Shown: positions 18,377-27,691 of the stretch, one piece after another | Position numbering within the stretch: the stretch's first letter is position 1 | Layout: the number at the start of each line of letters is the position of its first letter | DNA from: an uncultured Bacilli bacterium | GTDB lineage: Bacteria > Bacillota_I > Bacilli_A > RF39 > UBA660 | DNA: 64,000 nucleotides | Assembly: GCA_934086485.1 (NCBI GenBank) | Contig: CAKOIF010000006.1 | Span: forward strand, 3,932 to 67,931 | Reading direction: 5' to 3' | The notes under the pieces: generated by a model | What the model saw: the letters and a program-made list of their open reading frames with translations, nothing else | Told to the model about the DNA's origin: nothing | The model's database searches: none | Made by a program: the position numbers and the translations under genes

Positions 18377-20118
18377 TATTTTTCCTCCGTAATGGTAATA
18401 CCTAACTCTTTTAATTGTTTATCAGTAAGTGTATTTGGACTTCCCATTAATAGGTCCATACCTTGTACATTTGGAGGGAATACTTGTACTTCACGAAGAT
18501 TTTCTTCATCAGTAAGAAGCATTACAATTCTATCAATACCTGGAGCCATTCCAGCGTGAGGAGGAGCTCCAAAAGTAAAGGCAGTATAAAGACTTCTGAA
18601 TTTATCTTTAACAACATCTTCAGTATAACCCGCTATAGCAAAAGCTTTTTTCATAATATTTATATCATGATTTCTAACAGCTCCTGAGGCCATTTCATTA
18701 CCATTACATACAAAGTCATATTGATATGCAACTATATCACCAGGATTCATATTATTTAATGCATCAATTCCACCCTGAGGCATACTAAATGGATTATGTC
18801 CAAAATCCCATTTTTTATCTTCTTCATTATATTCAAAGAATGGAAAATCATTAACAATACAAAATTCAAATCTACTATGATCAGTAAGTTCTAACTCTTC
18901 GCCTAAATAGTTACGAAGAAGTCCTGCAATTTTAATAATATGTTCATCTCCAGCAAGGACAAAAAGAACATCACCATCTTTAAGTTCAAATCTTTCATCT
19001 AAACTATTAATTTCTTCTTCAGATAAGAATTTTAAGATAGCACTTTTAATTTCACCGTCATTCTTTTTAAGGTAAGCAAGACCACCTGCTCCTTTACTTT
19101 TAACAAACTCCTCTAAATGTTTATACCAAGAATTACTCTTAGTTACATTAGAGCATTTTATGCATCTAACTATTTTACCTTTAAAACCAGCAAATTCACT
19201 ATTTTCAAATATATCTGAGGCATCTTCAATAATAAGTAGATTTCTTAAATCTGGTTTATCGCATCCATATTTTAACATTGCTTCTTTAAAAGATATTCTT
19301 CTAAAAGGTGCTGGAGAAACATATTTATCAGTAAAGTTTTTAAATGTTTCATAAAATACTTTTTCACCAACTTCGTATACATCTTCATCAGTAGCAAAAC
19401 TCATTTCAAGGTCTAATTGATAAAATTCAAGTGTTCTATCAGCACGGCAATCTTCATCTCTAAAACAAGGAGCTATTTGAAAATATCTATTAAATCCTGA
19501 TACCATTAAAAGTTGTTTATATATTTGAGGTGCCTGAGGAAGTGCATAAAACTTACCATGATAATTCCTTGAGGGAATTACGAAGTCTCTTGCACCTTCC
19601 GGAGAAGATCCCGTAATAATTGGTGTAGTAATTTCAGTAAAATCCATTTCTTTCATAGTTTTACGGATAAAATCTACTACTTTACTTCTGAAAACTATTT
19701 TATCATGAACATCTTTATTTCTTAAATCAAGATAACGATATTTAAGTCTTGTTTCTTCGTTTGCTTCTTTACTACGATTTATTTCAAATGGAAGTACATT
19801 TTCACATTTACCTAATACTTCAATAGTATCAAGAATTATTTCTATTTCACCAGTTTTCATATTAGGGTTTACATTACCACTTCTTTTTTGAACAGTACCA
19901 GTAATTGTTACAGTGCTTTCTCTAGTTAAATCTGAAAGTTTTTCACTTTCTTCACTTATAACTTGAACAATACCGCTTTCATCACGAACTGTTAAAAATA
20001 CAAGTGAGCCAAGATTTCTAATTGAATTAATCCAGCCACCAATTCTAACTGTTTTACCAGCATCCTCTATAGTTATTTCTCCACAATATTTATTTCTATA
20101 TTTATTATTACTATTCAT
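18376..20118 (-). CDS. aspS: Aspartate--tRNA ligase (bacterial type)
   Basis: 580 aa with class IIb motifs FYALPQAPQ, FRDEDCRADR and GMAPGIDR. Confidence 0.95.
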   Translation of the reverse strand: MNSNNKYRNKYCGEITIEDAGKTVRIGGWINSIRNLGSLVFLTVRDESGIVQVISEESEKLSDLTRESTVTITGTVQKRSGNVNPNMKTGEIEIILDTIEVLGKCENVLPFEINRSKEANEETRLKYRYLDLRNKDVHDKIVFRSKVVDFIRKTMKEMDFTEITTPIITGSSPEGARDFVIPSRNYHGKFYALPQAPQIYKQLLMVSGFNRYFQIAPCFRDEDCRADRTLEFYQLDLEMSFATDEDVYEVGEKVFYETFKNFTDKYVSPAPFRRISFKEAMLKYGCDKPDLRNLLIIEDASDIFENSEFAGFKGKIVRCIKCSNVTKSNSWYKHLEEFVKSKGAGGLAYLKKNDGEIKSAILKFLSEEEINSLDERFELKDGDVLFVLAGDEHIIKIAGLLRNYLGEELELTDHSRFEFCIVNDFPFFEYNEEDKKWDFGHNPFSMPQGGIDALNNMNPGDIVAYQYDFVCNGNEMASGAVRNHDINIMKKAFAIAGYTEDVVKDKFRSLYTAFTFGAPPHAGMAPGIDRIVMLLTDEENLREVQVFPPNVQGMDLLMGSPNTLTDKQLKELGITITEEK

Positions 20119-20130
20119 ATTAAATCCCTT

Positions 20131-21486
20131 CTAAAATTCACAATTTTTTGGTGTTCTTGGGAAAAGTATTACATCACGAATATTATCTACACCAGTAAGA
20201 TAAATAAGAAGTCTTTCAAATCCCATTCCAAATCCTGAATGAACACATGAACCATATCTTCTTAAATTTAAATACCAATCCATACTTTCAGTATCCATAT
20301 TAAGTTCTTTCATACGAGCAAGAAGTTTATCATAATCTTCCTCTCTTTGACTTCCACCCATTAACTCACCTGCTTCAGGTACTTCAAGGTCAACTGCTGC
20401 AACGGTTTTACCATCAGCATTTTGTTTCATATAAAATGCTTTAATATCTTTTGGCCAGTTATAAATAAATACTGGTCCATTAAAATATTCTGTAATATAT
20501 TTTTCGTGTTCTTTAGCAATATCTTCACCATACTTTGGTTCAAATTCAAACTTCTTACCACTTTCAATTAAAAGTCTAATACATTCTTCATGTGTAATTC
20601 TTGTAAATTTTGAATTAACTAATTTTGTAAGTTTTTCTATTAAGCCTTTTTCTACAAAACTATCTAAAAATTTCATTTCATCTTGAGCATTATCTAGTAC
20701 ATACTTAACAACATACTTTAGCATATCTTCCATAACACGCATATCTTCATTAAGATCTGCAAAAGCAATTTCTGGTTCAATCATCCAAAATTCTGCAGCA
20801 TGAGTTTTTGTATTACTCTCTTCTGCTCTAAAAGTTGGACCAAATGTATAAACTTTTTTATAAGCAAGAGCACATGTTTCTGCCTGAAGTTGGCCTGATA
20901 CTGTTAAAGCAGTCTTTTTACCAAAAAAATCTTTTGAATAATCAGGCTTTTCTCCTAAAGGAAGAGTTGTAACCTCAAACATTTGACCAGCACCTTCGCA
21001 ATCACTTGCAGTAATAAGTGGTGTATGTACATATACATAGTTATGTTCATTAAAATATTTATGAATTGCATAAGCTGCTACACTTCTTACTCTAAATACG
21101 GCTGTAAATAGGTTTGTTCTTGGTCTTAAATAAGCTTGCTCTCTTAAAAATTCACGAGTATGTCTTTTTGGTTGAATTGGGTAGTCTTCAGGACAAGAGG
21201 ATAAAATTTCAATAGAGTTTGCTTTAATTTCATAATCATCTTTACCTTCCGAAGGAACTAAAGTACCTTTAATTTTTAATGCAGATGACACTAAAAGTTT
21301 ACTTACATCCTCAAAATTATTCAAAGTTTTATCATAAACTACTTGGATTCCACCTTGAGTAGTACCATCAGAAAATGATATGAAACCAAATTCTTTCTGA
21401 GGGCGATGATTTTTAATCCAACCACATATTTCTATTTCTTTTCCAACATACTCTTCTTTTTCTTTTAATAAATCTTTTATATCCAT
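20131..21486 (-). CDS. asnS: Asparagine--tRNA ligase
   Basis: 451 aa. FRAEESNTKTHAAEFWMIEPE and GFGMGFERL are typical of AsnRS. Confidence 0.9.
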   Translation of the reverse strand: MDIKDLLKEKEEYVGKEIEICGWIKNHRPQKEFGFISFSDGTTQGGIQVVYDKTLNNFEDVSKLLVSSALKIKGTLVPSEGKDDYEIKANSIEILSSCPEDYPIQPKRHTREFLREQAYLRPRTNLFTAVFRVRSVAAYAIHKYFNEHNYVYVHTPLITASDCEGAGQMFEVTTLPLGEKPDYSKDFFGKKTALTVSGQLQAETCALAYKKVYTFGPTFRAEESNTKTHAAEFWMIEPEIAFADLNEDMRVMEDMLKYVVKYVLDNAQDEMKFLDSFVEKGLIEKLTKLVNSKFTRITHEECIRLLIESGKKFEFEPKYGEDIAKEHEKYITEYFNGPVFIYNWPKDIKAFYMKQNADGKTVAAVDLEVPEAGELMGGSQREEDYDKLLARMKELNMDTESMDWYLNLRRYGSCVHSGFGMGFERLLIYLTGVDNIRDVILFPRTPKNCEF

Positions 21487-21487
21487 C

Positions 21488-22720
21488 TTAAATCACTCCT
21501 AAAATATAATCTATTATTTCATCCTCAGGAACTTTTACTTCTTCTTTTGTAACATTATCTTTTACTGTAACAAGTCCTTTAGATAAATCTTCACTATTAA
21601 GTATAATTAAATTTTTTGCATTCATATTATCAGCTTCTTTAAACTGGGCTTTTAAACTTTTACCCATAACATTAGTTTCACATATAATATTATTTAATCT
21701 TAAATCTTGAGTAATAATATTTGCTTTAATCTTTTCTTCATCATTAACACACATTACATAAACATCGATATTATCAAGGCTATCATCACTCATTTGGTTA
21801 ATAATTCTTTCTATACCGCAGGCAAATCCTACCGCTGGTACTTCAGGTCCTCCTAAATTTTTAACAAGGTGATTGTATCTTCCACCACCACCAAGTGCTA
21901 AAGAATCATTAAGTTTAAGTTCATAAACCATATAATCATAATAATCAAGACCTCTTACTAAAGTATTATCAATTTCATAATCAACATCAAGATAATCTAA
22001 ATATGATAATATTTTATTAAATCTATCATTACTTTCTTTAGAATGATAGTCAAGTATACTTGGGGCATTTTTAAGTATTTCACTCTGATCATCTACTTTA
22101 CAATCAAGTATTCTTAAAGGATTAGTTTTAATTCTATTTTGACAATCTTCACATAAATTATTTATATGTGGAGTTAAATACTCTACTAAAGCTTTTTTAT
22201 AATTTTCTCTGTCTTCTGTCGAACCTAAATTATTAATTTTAACAGTTACATCAAGTCCAAGTTCTTTTAAAATGTTATATGATAGTGATATTACCTCAGC
22301 ATCAATCATTTCATCATCAGAGCCTAAACATTCCACACCAAATTGAGTAAATTCGCGATTTCTACCTAGTCCTGGCCTTTCATAACGATACATTGTACCA
22401 ATATAAAATTCTTTTACTACTGATGATTGATTTCCATAAAGTTTGTCTTCAATAAAGTTTCTTACTACTCCAGCAGTACCTTCAGGTCTTAAAGTAAAAT
22501 CTCTTCCTCCACGATCAGTAAAATCATAAGTTTCTTTTTGAACTATATCTGTGGTATCTCCAACACCTCTTTTAAATAGCTCAGTACTTTCAAAAAGTGG
22601 TGTTCTAATATATTTATAATTATAAATCTTAGCATATTCAGAAACTACTTCGCATATTCTTTGATACTTTTTAGAAACATCTCCAGTTACATCATAACAT
22701 CCTTTAGGTTTTGTAATCAT
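21488..22720 (-). CDS. hisS: Histidine--tRNA ligase
   Basis: 410 aa. RPEGTAGVVR and the class IIa motifs. Confidence 0.95.
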   Translation of the reverse strand: MITKPKGCYDVTGDVSKKYQRICEVVSEYAKIYNYKYIRTPLFESTELFKRGVGDTTDIVQKETYDFTDRGGRDFTLRPEGTAGVVRNFIEDKLYGNQSSVVKEFYIGTMYRYERPGLGRNREFTQFGVECLGSDDEMIDAEVISLSYNILKELGLDVTVKINNLGSTEDRENYKKALVEYLTPHINNLCEDCQNRIKTNPLRILDCKVDDQSEILKNAPSILDYHSKESNDRFNKILSYLDYLDVDYEIDNTLVRGLDYYDYMVYELKLNDSLALGGGGRYNHLVKNLGGPEVPAVGFACGIERIINQMSDDSLDNIDVYVMCVNDEEKIKANIITQDLRLNNIICETNVMGKSLKAQFKEADNMNAKNLIILNSEDLSKGLVTVKDNVTKEEVKVPEDEIIDYILGVI

Positions 22721-22740
22721 TTTAATTCCTCCTTATTACA

Positions 22741-22960
22741 AAAAAACCTAGATACTGTAAGGGCAGAAATAAATTCCACGGTACCACCTTACTTCTAGGT
22801 CTTAACTTTTTATCGCACTTATGCGTTTCTATGTTAACAAAAGTTTGTCGGGCTTTCCATAGAAAAAAATATTACTTTATTAATATAACACACTTTTTCT
22901 TAAAATTCCACTAAAAAATTACATTTTTTTAAGAAATAATAAATAGTATAAATTATGTAA
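22741..22960 (-). promoter_or_regulatory. T-box leader (tRNA-sensing antiterminator) of the hisS-asnS-aspS-gatCAB operon
   Basis: The minus strand reads AGUAAGGUGGUACCGUGG (22776-22793), the T-box consensus. It is followed by a terminator helix CCUAGAAGUAAGG/CCUUACAGUAUCUAGG plus U6 (22741-22800), which competes with an AGAAGUAA/UUAUUUCU antiterminator pairing. The upstream boundary and the specifier were not resolved. Confidence 0.8.
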
Positions 22961-23021
22961 AGTTATCTTCATAATCATTTACTAAAAAAGAAAAAAATTA
23001 TATAATTTAAATGGTGATGAT

Positions 23022-24380
23022 ATGAAAAAATATATATTTAGAGAATATGATGTAAGGGGTATATACCCTACTGATTTAAATGAAGAAGATGCATTTACTT
23101 TTGGTCATGCTTTTGCTTCATACATAAAAAATAATAAAGTATTAATTGGTCATGATAATAGACTTTCCTCAGAGGGATTAAATTCTTCTTTAGTAAAAGG
23201 CCTTTTACAAGGTGGAGCACACGTAATTGATTTAGGATTATGTACGACTCCTATTTACTACTACTATAAAAAACTGCTTAACGTTGAAAATGGCATTATG
23301 ATTACTGCCTCTCATAACCCTAAAGAATATAATGGTTTTAAATTTTCTTTTTCAATAAAGGGAAATGCCTGTGGTAAAGAAATATATGATTTTAGAGATT
23401 TTCTATTTAATGGTAATTTTAGAAATGCTCAAGGATTTTATCAAGAATATAATGATAATTTTGAAAGTTATATAAATAAAATTACTGAAAGTATAGATTT
23501 AGGAAGTAAAAAAATAAAAGCTGTATTTGACCCGGGAAATGGTACAGGGAGTATAATTTTAGAAAGAATCCTTAAAAAATTTGATATTGATTACAAAATA
23601 ATTAATGGAATTAGTGATGGTAACTTTCCAGCTCATCATCCAGATCCTTCAGTCGAAGAAAATATGCAAATGCTTAAAGAGGAAGTTGCAAATAATCATT
23701 TTGATATAGCTCTTGGTATAGATGGTGATGCTGATAGAGTTGGAGTTGTTGATGATAAGGCAGTATTTACACCCATTGATAATGTAATGATAAATATGTA
23801 TAAGTATTTAAATCCTAATTTAAAAAATAGAAATGCAATAATGGATGTTAAATGCTCTAAAGCAGTTATTGATGAAATGGAAAAAATTAACTTACCTCTT
23901 ACAATTTATCGTACAGGTAATAGTTATATGAATTTAAAAATAAATGAAATGAATTTAGATTTTGGTGGAGAGTTTTCAGGCCACCTTTGGTTTAAGGATA
24001 AATGGATTGGAACTGATGATGGAATATATAATGCTTTAAGAATTATTGAAATGCTTTCTAAAAGTAATCAAACATTTAGCCAGATGACTGAAAGCATTCC
24101 AAAATACTACCATACTCCTGAAATTAAAATTGAAGTAACCGAAGAAAATAAATCAAAAATAATCGATAAATTAAAAGAATATCTTGATAATGAAAATATT
24201 AAATATAATAATATTGATGGCATAAGAATTGATTATGAAGATGGATTTACTTTAATAAGACAATCTAATACAGGGCCAGTTCTTACAGTAAGATTTGAAA
24301 GAAAAGATGAGGAAACTTTAGAAAAAGAAAAACAAAAATATTTAGATTTAATCAAAAAAATATCATTAGAACTTAACTAA
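23022..24380 (+). CDS. Phosphoglucomutase/phosphomannomutase family protein
   Basis: Active-site loop ITASHNPKEYNGFK and Mg loop GIDGDADR; 452 aa. Confidence 0.9.
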   Translation: MKKYIFREYDVRGIYPTDLNEEDAFTFGHAFASYIKNNKVLIGHDNRLSSEGLNSSLVKGLLQGGAHVIDLGLCTTPIYYYYKKLLNVENGIMITASHNPKEYNGFKFSFSIKGNACGKEIYDFRDFLFNGNFRNAQGFYQEYNDNFESYINKITESIDLGSKKIKAVFDPGNGTGSIILERILKKFDIDYKIINGISDGNFPAHHPDPSVEENMQMLKEEVANNHFDIALGIDGDADRVGVVDDKAVFTPIDNVMINMYKYLNPNLKNRNAIMDVKCSKAVIDEMEKINLPLTIYRTGNSYMNLKINEMNLDFGGEFSGHLWFKDKWIGTDDGIYNALRIIEMLSKSNQTFSQMTESIPKYYHTPEIKIEVTEENKSKIIDKLKEYLDNENIKYNNIDGIRIDYEDGFTLIRQSNTGPVLTVRFERKDEETLEKEKQKYLDLIKKISLELN

Positions 24381-24387
24381 TGATTTT

Positions 24388-24693
24388 TTAATTCATAATA
24401 CTTTTCCATTTTGCTTTTAAAGTAATATTATCAAATACTAAAGTATTTTCATCAAACTTTTTATCATCGTAATACCATCCTTCAAAAATATAACCCTCTT
24501 TTACTGGTGATGGTGGTAAATCAATTTTTTGTGCAGGTCTTACAGAAATTGCTTCATAACTCTGTGCGCCATCAGTATCGAATGTTACTGTATATGATTT
24601 ACTACACCAAAGTATTAAAAAAGCAAGTAAAACAGTAATCATTATACCTAAAAAAATGTATGTAAATCTATACGCTTTTGTCACACTTTTCAC
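24388..24693 (-). CDS. Small membrane-anchored protein with a Listeria/Bacteroides-repeat (Flg_new-type) domain
   Basis: TM anchor followed by YTVTFDTDG...PVKEGYIFEGWYYD...ITLKAKW, typical of that repeat. The start is uncertain (GTG at 24693 or 24684). Confidence 0.6.
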   Translation of the reverse strand: MKSVTKAYRFTYIFLGIMITVLLAFLILWCSKSYTVTFDTDGAQSYEAISVRPAQKIDLPPSPVKEGYIFEGWYYDDKKFDENTLVFDNITLKAKWKSIMN

Positions 24694-24773
24694 CCTTTTT
24701 CTATTTTCTATCTATTAAAATAATATAATATTTTTTTTATTTAGTCAATGAATAACCATTATGTTTTATTTTT

Positions 24774-26489
24774 TTATAGTGTATTATTTTGAATCCTCAC
24801 ATCATTTCCCTCAAAAGAAAGTAAGTTAGGCATATATATAGTATTAATTTTATCCCTGTTATTATGTAAGAAATTACTATCAATAAATTTAACATTTGGA
24901 ATATAAATATTTTTAATTATTTTATTACTATATAAAAAGTTTGCTCCAATAACCTCAAGGTTTGGTAAATAAAGATGGCATAATGCAATATTATTTGCTA
25001 AAAAATTATCCTCAACACTAAATAAGTTTGGTGCATTAAGTCTACTTAAATCTCTATTTTTTCTTAAGAATGAAGCGCCAACTAAATTTAGATTCGGAAA
25101 ATCGCACTCTATTAAAGAATTATTTTCACTCATAAAGGAATAACCTACTCTTCTTAAATTTGGTAAACAAAGTGATTTTAATTTCTCATTGTAATATAGA
25201 AAACTATTGCCTGCTACCTCTAAAAAAGGCATATATACACTTTGAACATTTTTAGCATATGATATAAAACTGTAATCAACGCGTTTAACATTTGGTAAAT
25301 TAATAGTTTTCAAATTTTCCGCTCGCAATGCAAAACTATTACCAATAATTTCACATTTAGGTAAATAAATATATTCTAGTTCAAAAGAGCTTTTAAGAAC
25401 TCTATCTTCGATAATAATTGTATCTTTCGAAGAAAATCTTCTTATATGAAAACTATTTTGCATAAAATCATAATTAATTCTTCTTACGCCATCCATTACC
25501 ACACTGACAACTTGATTAAATTTATTAAGTTCTAAATATATTTTAATACCATCTTCACAAACAATATAAATTTCTTTACCCGTATCAATATTTTCAATCT
25601 TAATTGTTTTGATATGTTTGATAACATCCTCAGCAGTATCATATCTACATTTATCATAACATTTAAATTTTTTATTTACTAAGTCAAGAACAAAGCCATC
25701 AAATAATATATATTTTTCTTTTGGAAAGGTTACTTCCTCAAAATTATGAATTACAATGTTATCTGTACAGTAATAAATATTATTACATTCAAGATTGTAT
25801 CTATAATACTTTCCATCAATAGTTCTCACATAATTTGGCATTTCAAAAGCACAATTAGTATTTCTTTGCTTTATTCCAAAATATTTTTCAAAGGAATACG
25901 TAAGACCTTCAGCAATATTTTCTAAATTATTTTGATATGTAGCATCTGGGTTATTAACTGTATGATTATATCTATTTTTAATTGATAAATAATTAGTGGC
26001 TAATGTAAACTGCAATGAAAGGACACTAGTTCCGTACTCATCCTCCCTTTGGGGAATAGATTTTCTTTCTATACCTAAAGCATTATTTTTAACTGCAAAA
26101 AATACTCTATTTGTTTCAAGACGATTACTTTTAAAGGTACATAATTCTTCACCTTCAGCATAATACTTTTTATATGATAGTACTTCTTCATTAGTATGGC
26201 ATTCTTTTAAAGTATAGCCTGCATCTTCAAATAGTTCATAAGGTGTCTTTAAAGTCTGACTTAAAATTACATTATTTTTATTAAATTCATTCATAATAAA
26301 TTCTTGGAACTTATTAACCATATTATTTTCAATTAAATCGTCATACAAAAAATGATTTTCCTTAAATAAGGATAATATTAAGGAAGATAATACGCCTTCA
26401 TTTTCAAGTATACTTGGAAATAAGTCTCTACATAATTTACTAAATTTTTCACCATATTTTTTCTTTATAATTTTTAAATCACTATTCAT
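24774..26489 (-). CDS. Leucine-rich-repeat (BspA/LRR_5-like) protein with an unknown ~340-aa N-terminal domain
   Basis: The C-terminal ~230 aa consist of ~22-23-aa repeats (LPNxxxxxxxFxxxxxxLxxxx), for example IGNSFALRAENLKTINLPNVKRVDYSFISYAKNVQSVYMPFLEVAGNSF. No signal peptide. Confidence 0.65.
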   Translation of the reverse strand: MNSDLKIIKKKYGEKFSKLCRDLFPSILENEGVLSSLILSLFKENHFLYDDLIENNMVNKFQEFIMNEFNKNNVILSQTLKTPYELFEDAGYTLKECHTNEEVLSYKKYYAEGEELCTFKSNRLETNRVFFAVKNNALGIERKSIPQREDEYGTSVLSLQFTLATNYLSIKNRYNHTVNNPDATYQNNLENIAEGLTYSFEKYFGIKQRNTNCAFEMPNYVRTIDGKYYRYNLECNNIYYCTDNIVIHNFEEVTFPKEKYILFDGFVLDLVNKKFKCYDKCRYDTAEDVIKHIKTIKIENIDTGKEIYIVCEDGIKIYLELNKFNQVVSVVMDGVRRINYDFMQNSFHIRRFSSKDTIIIEDRVLKSSFELEYIYLPKCEIIGNSFALRAENLKTINLPNVKRVDYSFISYAKNVQSVYMPFLEVAGNSFLYYNEKLKSLCLPNLRRVGYSFMSENNSLIECDFPNLNLVGASFLRKNRDLSRLNAPNLFSVEDNFLANNIALCHLYLPNLEVIGANFLYSNKIIKNIYIPNVKFIDSNFLHNNRDKINTIYMPNLLSFEGNDVRIQNNTL

Positions 26490-26551
26490 AATACCCCCAG
26501 AAAGTAATAACTATTATAACATTATTTTAAAAAAAAGAAATAGATTTTGCT

Positions 26552-27691
26552 CTATTTCATCTTTCTATTAAAATCTTTTATTTCATCTTCATTATCAAGG
26601 TTACTATCTAAAAGTTCTTTGAATAATTTCTTTTGGGATAAAGTAAGTTTTGTAGGAATAATAATGTTTACTACAACATACATATTACCACGCATAATTG
26701 AGTTTGGACTTTTTAAACCTTTTCCTTTAAGTTTTAACTTTGTATAATTTTGAGTTCCAGGTTTTATTTCAAGAATAACATTTCCAGTAAGTGTTGGAAT
26801 TTCTTTTTCACAACCTAAAGTCGCCTCGGCAACATTAATTGGAAGTTCAAGATAAATATCATTTCCTTGTCTTTCAAAAAGAGGATGCTCTTTTATTTCA
26901 AAATCTACATAAAGATCGCCATTTTCACCATTTGAAGAGGCATTACCTTTACCAGCAAGTCTTAACTCGTGGCCAGAATCAACGCCTTCGGGTACTTTGA
27001 TTTTAATAGATTTTTTTTCATTAACAATACCAATTCCCTTACAATCAGGACAAATATTTTGATAAGTAACACCTTTACCCATACAATCTGGACATACTTT
27101 TTGAGTTTGCATCACCCCAAATATAGAACGAACCTGCTCTAAAACTACACCTCGGCCACCACATTTTGAACACGATTTTTCATTAAAACCGCCTTTACCA
27201 TCACAGGTTTTGCAAGGAGTTTTTAAATTTACCTCAATTGTTTTTTCACAACCAAATGCTGCCTCTTCGAAAGTAAGAGGAATAGTTACTTTTATATCAC
27301 TACCTCTTGAAGTTCTTTGTCTTCTTGCTCCTCCAAATGAGGAAAAACCACTTGTAAAGGATGAACCAAAATCATCATCCTCTCCAAAAACATGGCGAAG
27401 AATATCTCCTAAATCGATATCACTGGCATTAAAATTAAATCCGCCTTGACCACCAAAGTTACCTGTTCCATCAAATGCTGCAGAACCATACTGATCATAT
27501 GCTTTTCTTTTCTGTGGATCAGATAATATTGCATAAGCCTCTCCTATTTCTTTAAACTTTGCTTCATCACCCGTTTCTTTATTATCTGGATGATACATTT
27601 TAGCAAGTTTTCTAAAGGCTCTTTTAATTTCTTCGTCAGTGGCTGTTTTTGAAACACCTAAAAGTTCATAATAATCTTTTTTACTATTCAT
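26552..27691 (-). CDS. dnaJ: Chaperone DnaJ
   Basis: J domain YYELLGV...YHPD, a G/F region and four CxxCxGxG repeats. Confidence 0.95.
   Translation of the reverse strand: MNSKKDYYELLGVSKTATDEEIKRAFRKLAKMYHPDNKETGDEAKFKEIGEAYAILSDPQKRKAYDQYGSAAFDGTGNFGGQGGFNFNASDIDLGDILRHVFGEDDDFGSSFTSGFSSFGGARRQRTSRGSDIKVTIPLTFEEAAFGCEKTIEVNLKTPCKTCDGKGGFNEKSCSKCGGRGVVLEQVRSIFGVMQTQKVCPDCMGKGVTYQNICPDCKGIGIVNEKKSIKIKVPEGVDSGHELRLAGKGNASSNGENGDLYVDFEIKEHPLFERQGNDIYLELPINVAEATLGCEKEIPTLTGNVILEIKPGTQNYTKLKLKGKGLKSPNSIMRGNMYVVVNIIIPTKLTLSQKKLFKELLDSNLDNEDEIKDFNRKMK

Noticed and set aside
22996-23021. TATAAT at 23001-23006 as the promoter -10 box of the phosphoglucomutase-family gene
   Set aside because: It lies only ~15 nt before the ATG, so the transcript would start within or after the GGTGATGA RBS. 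In DNA this AT-rich, TATAAT strings are frequent by chance.
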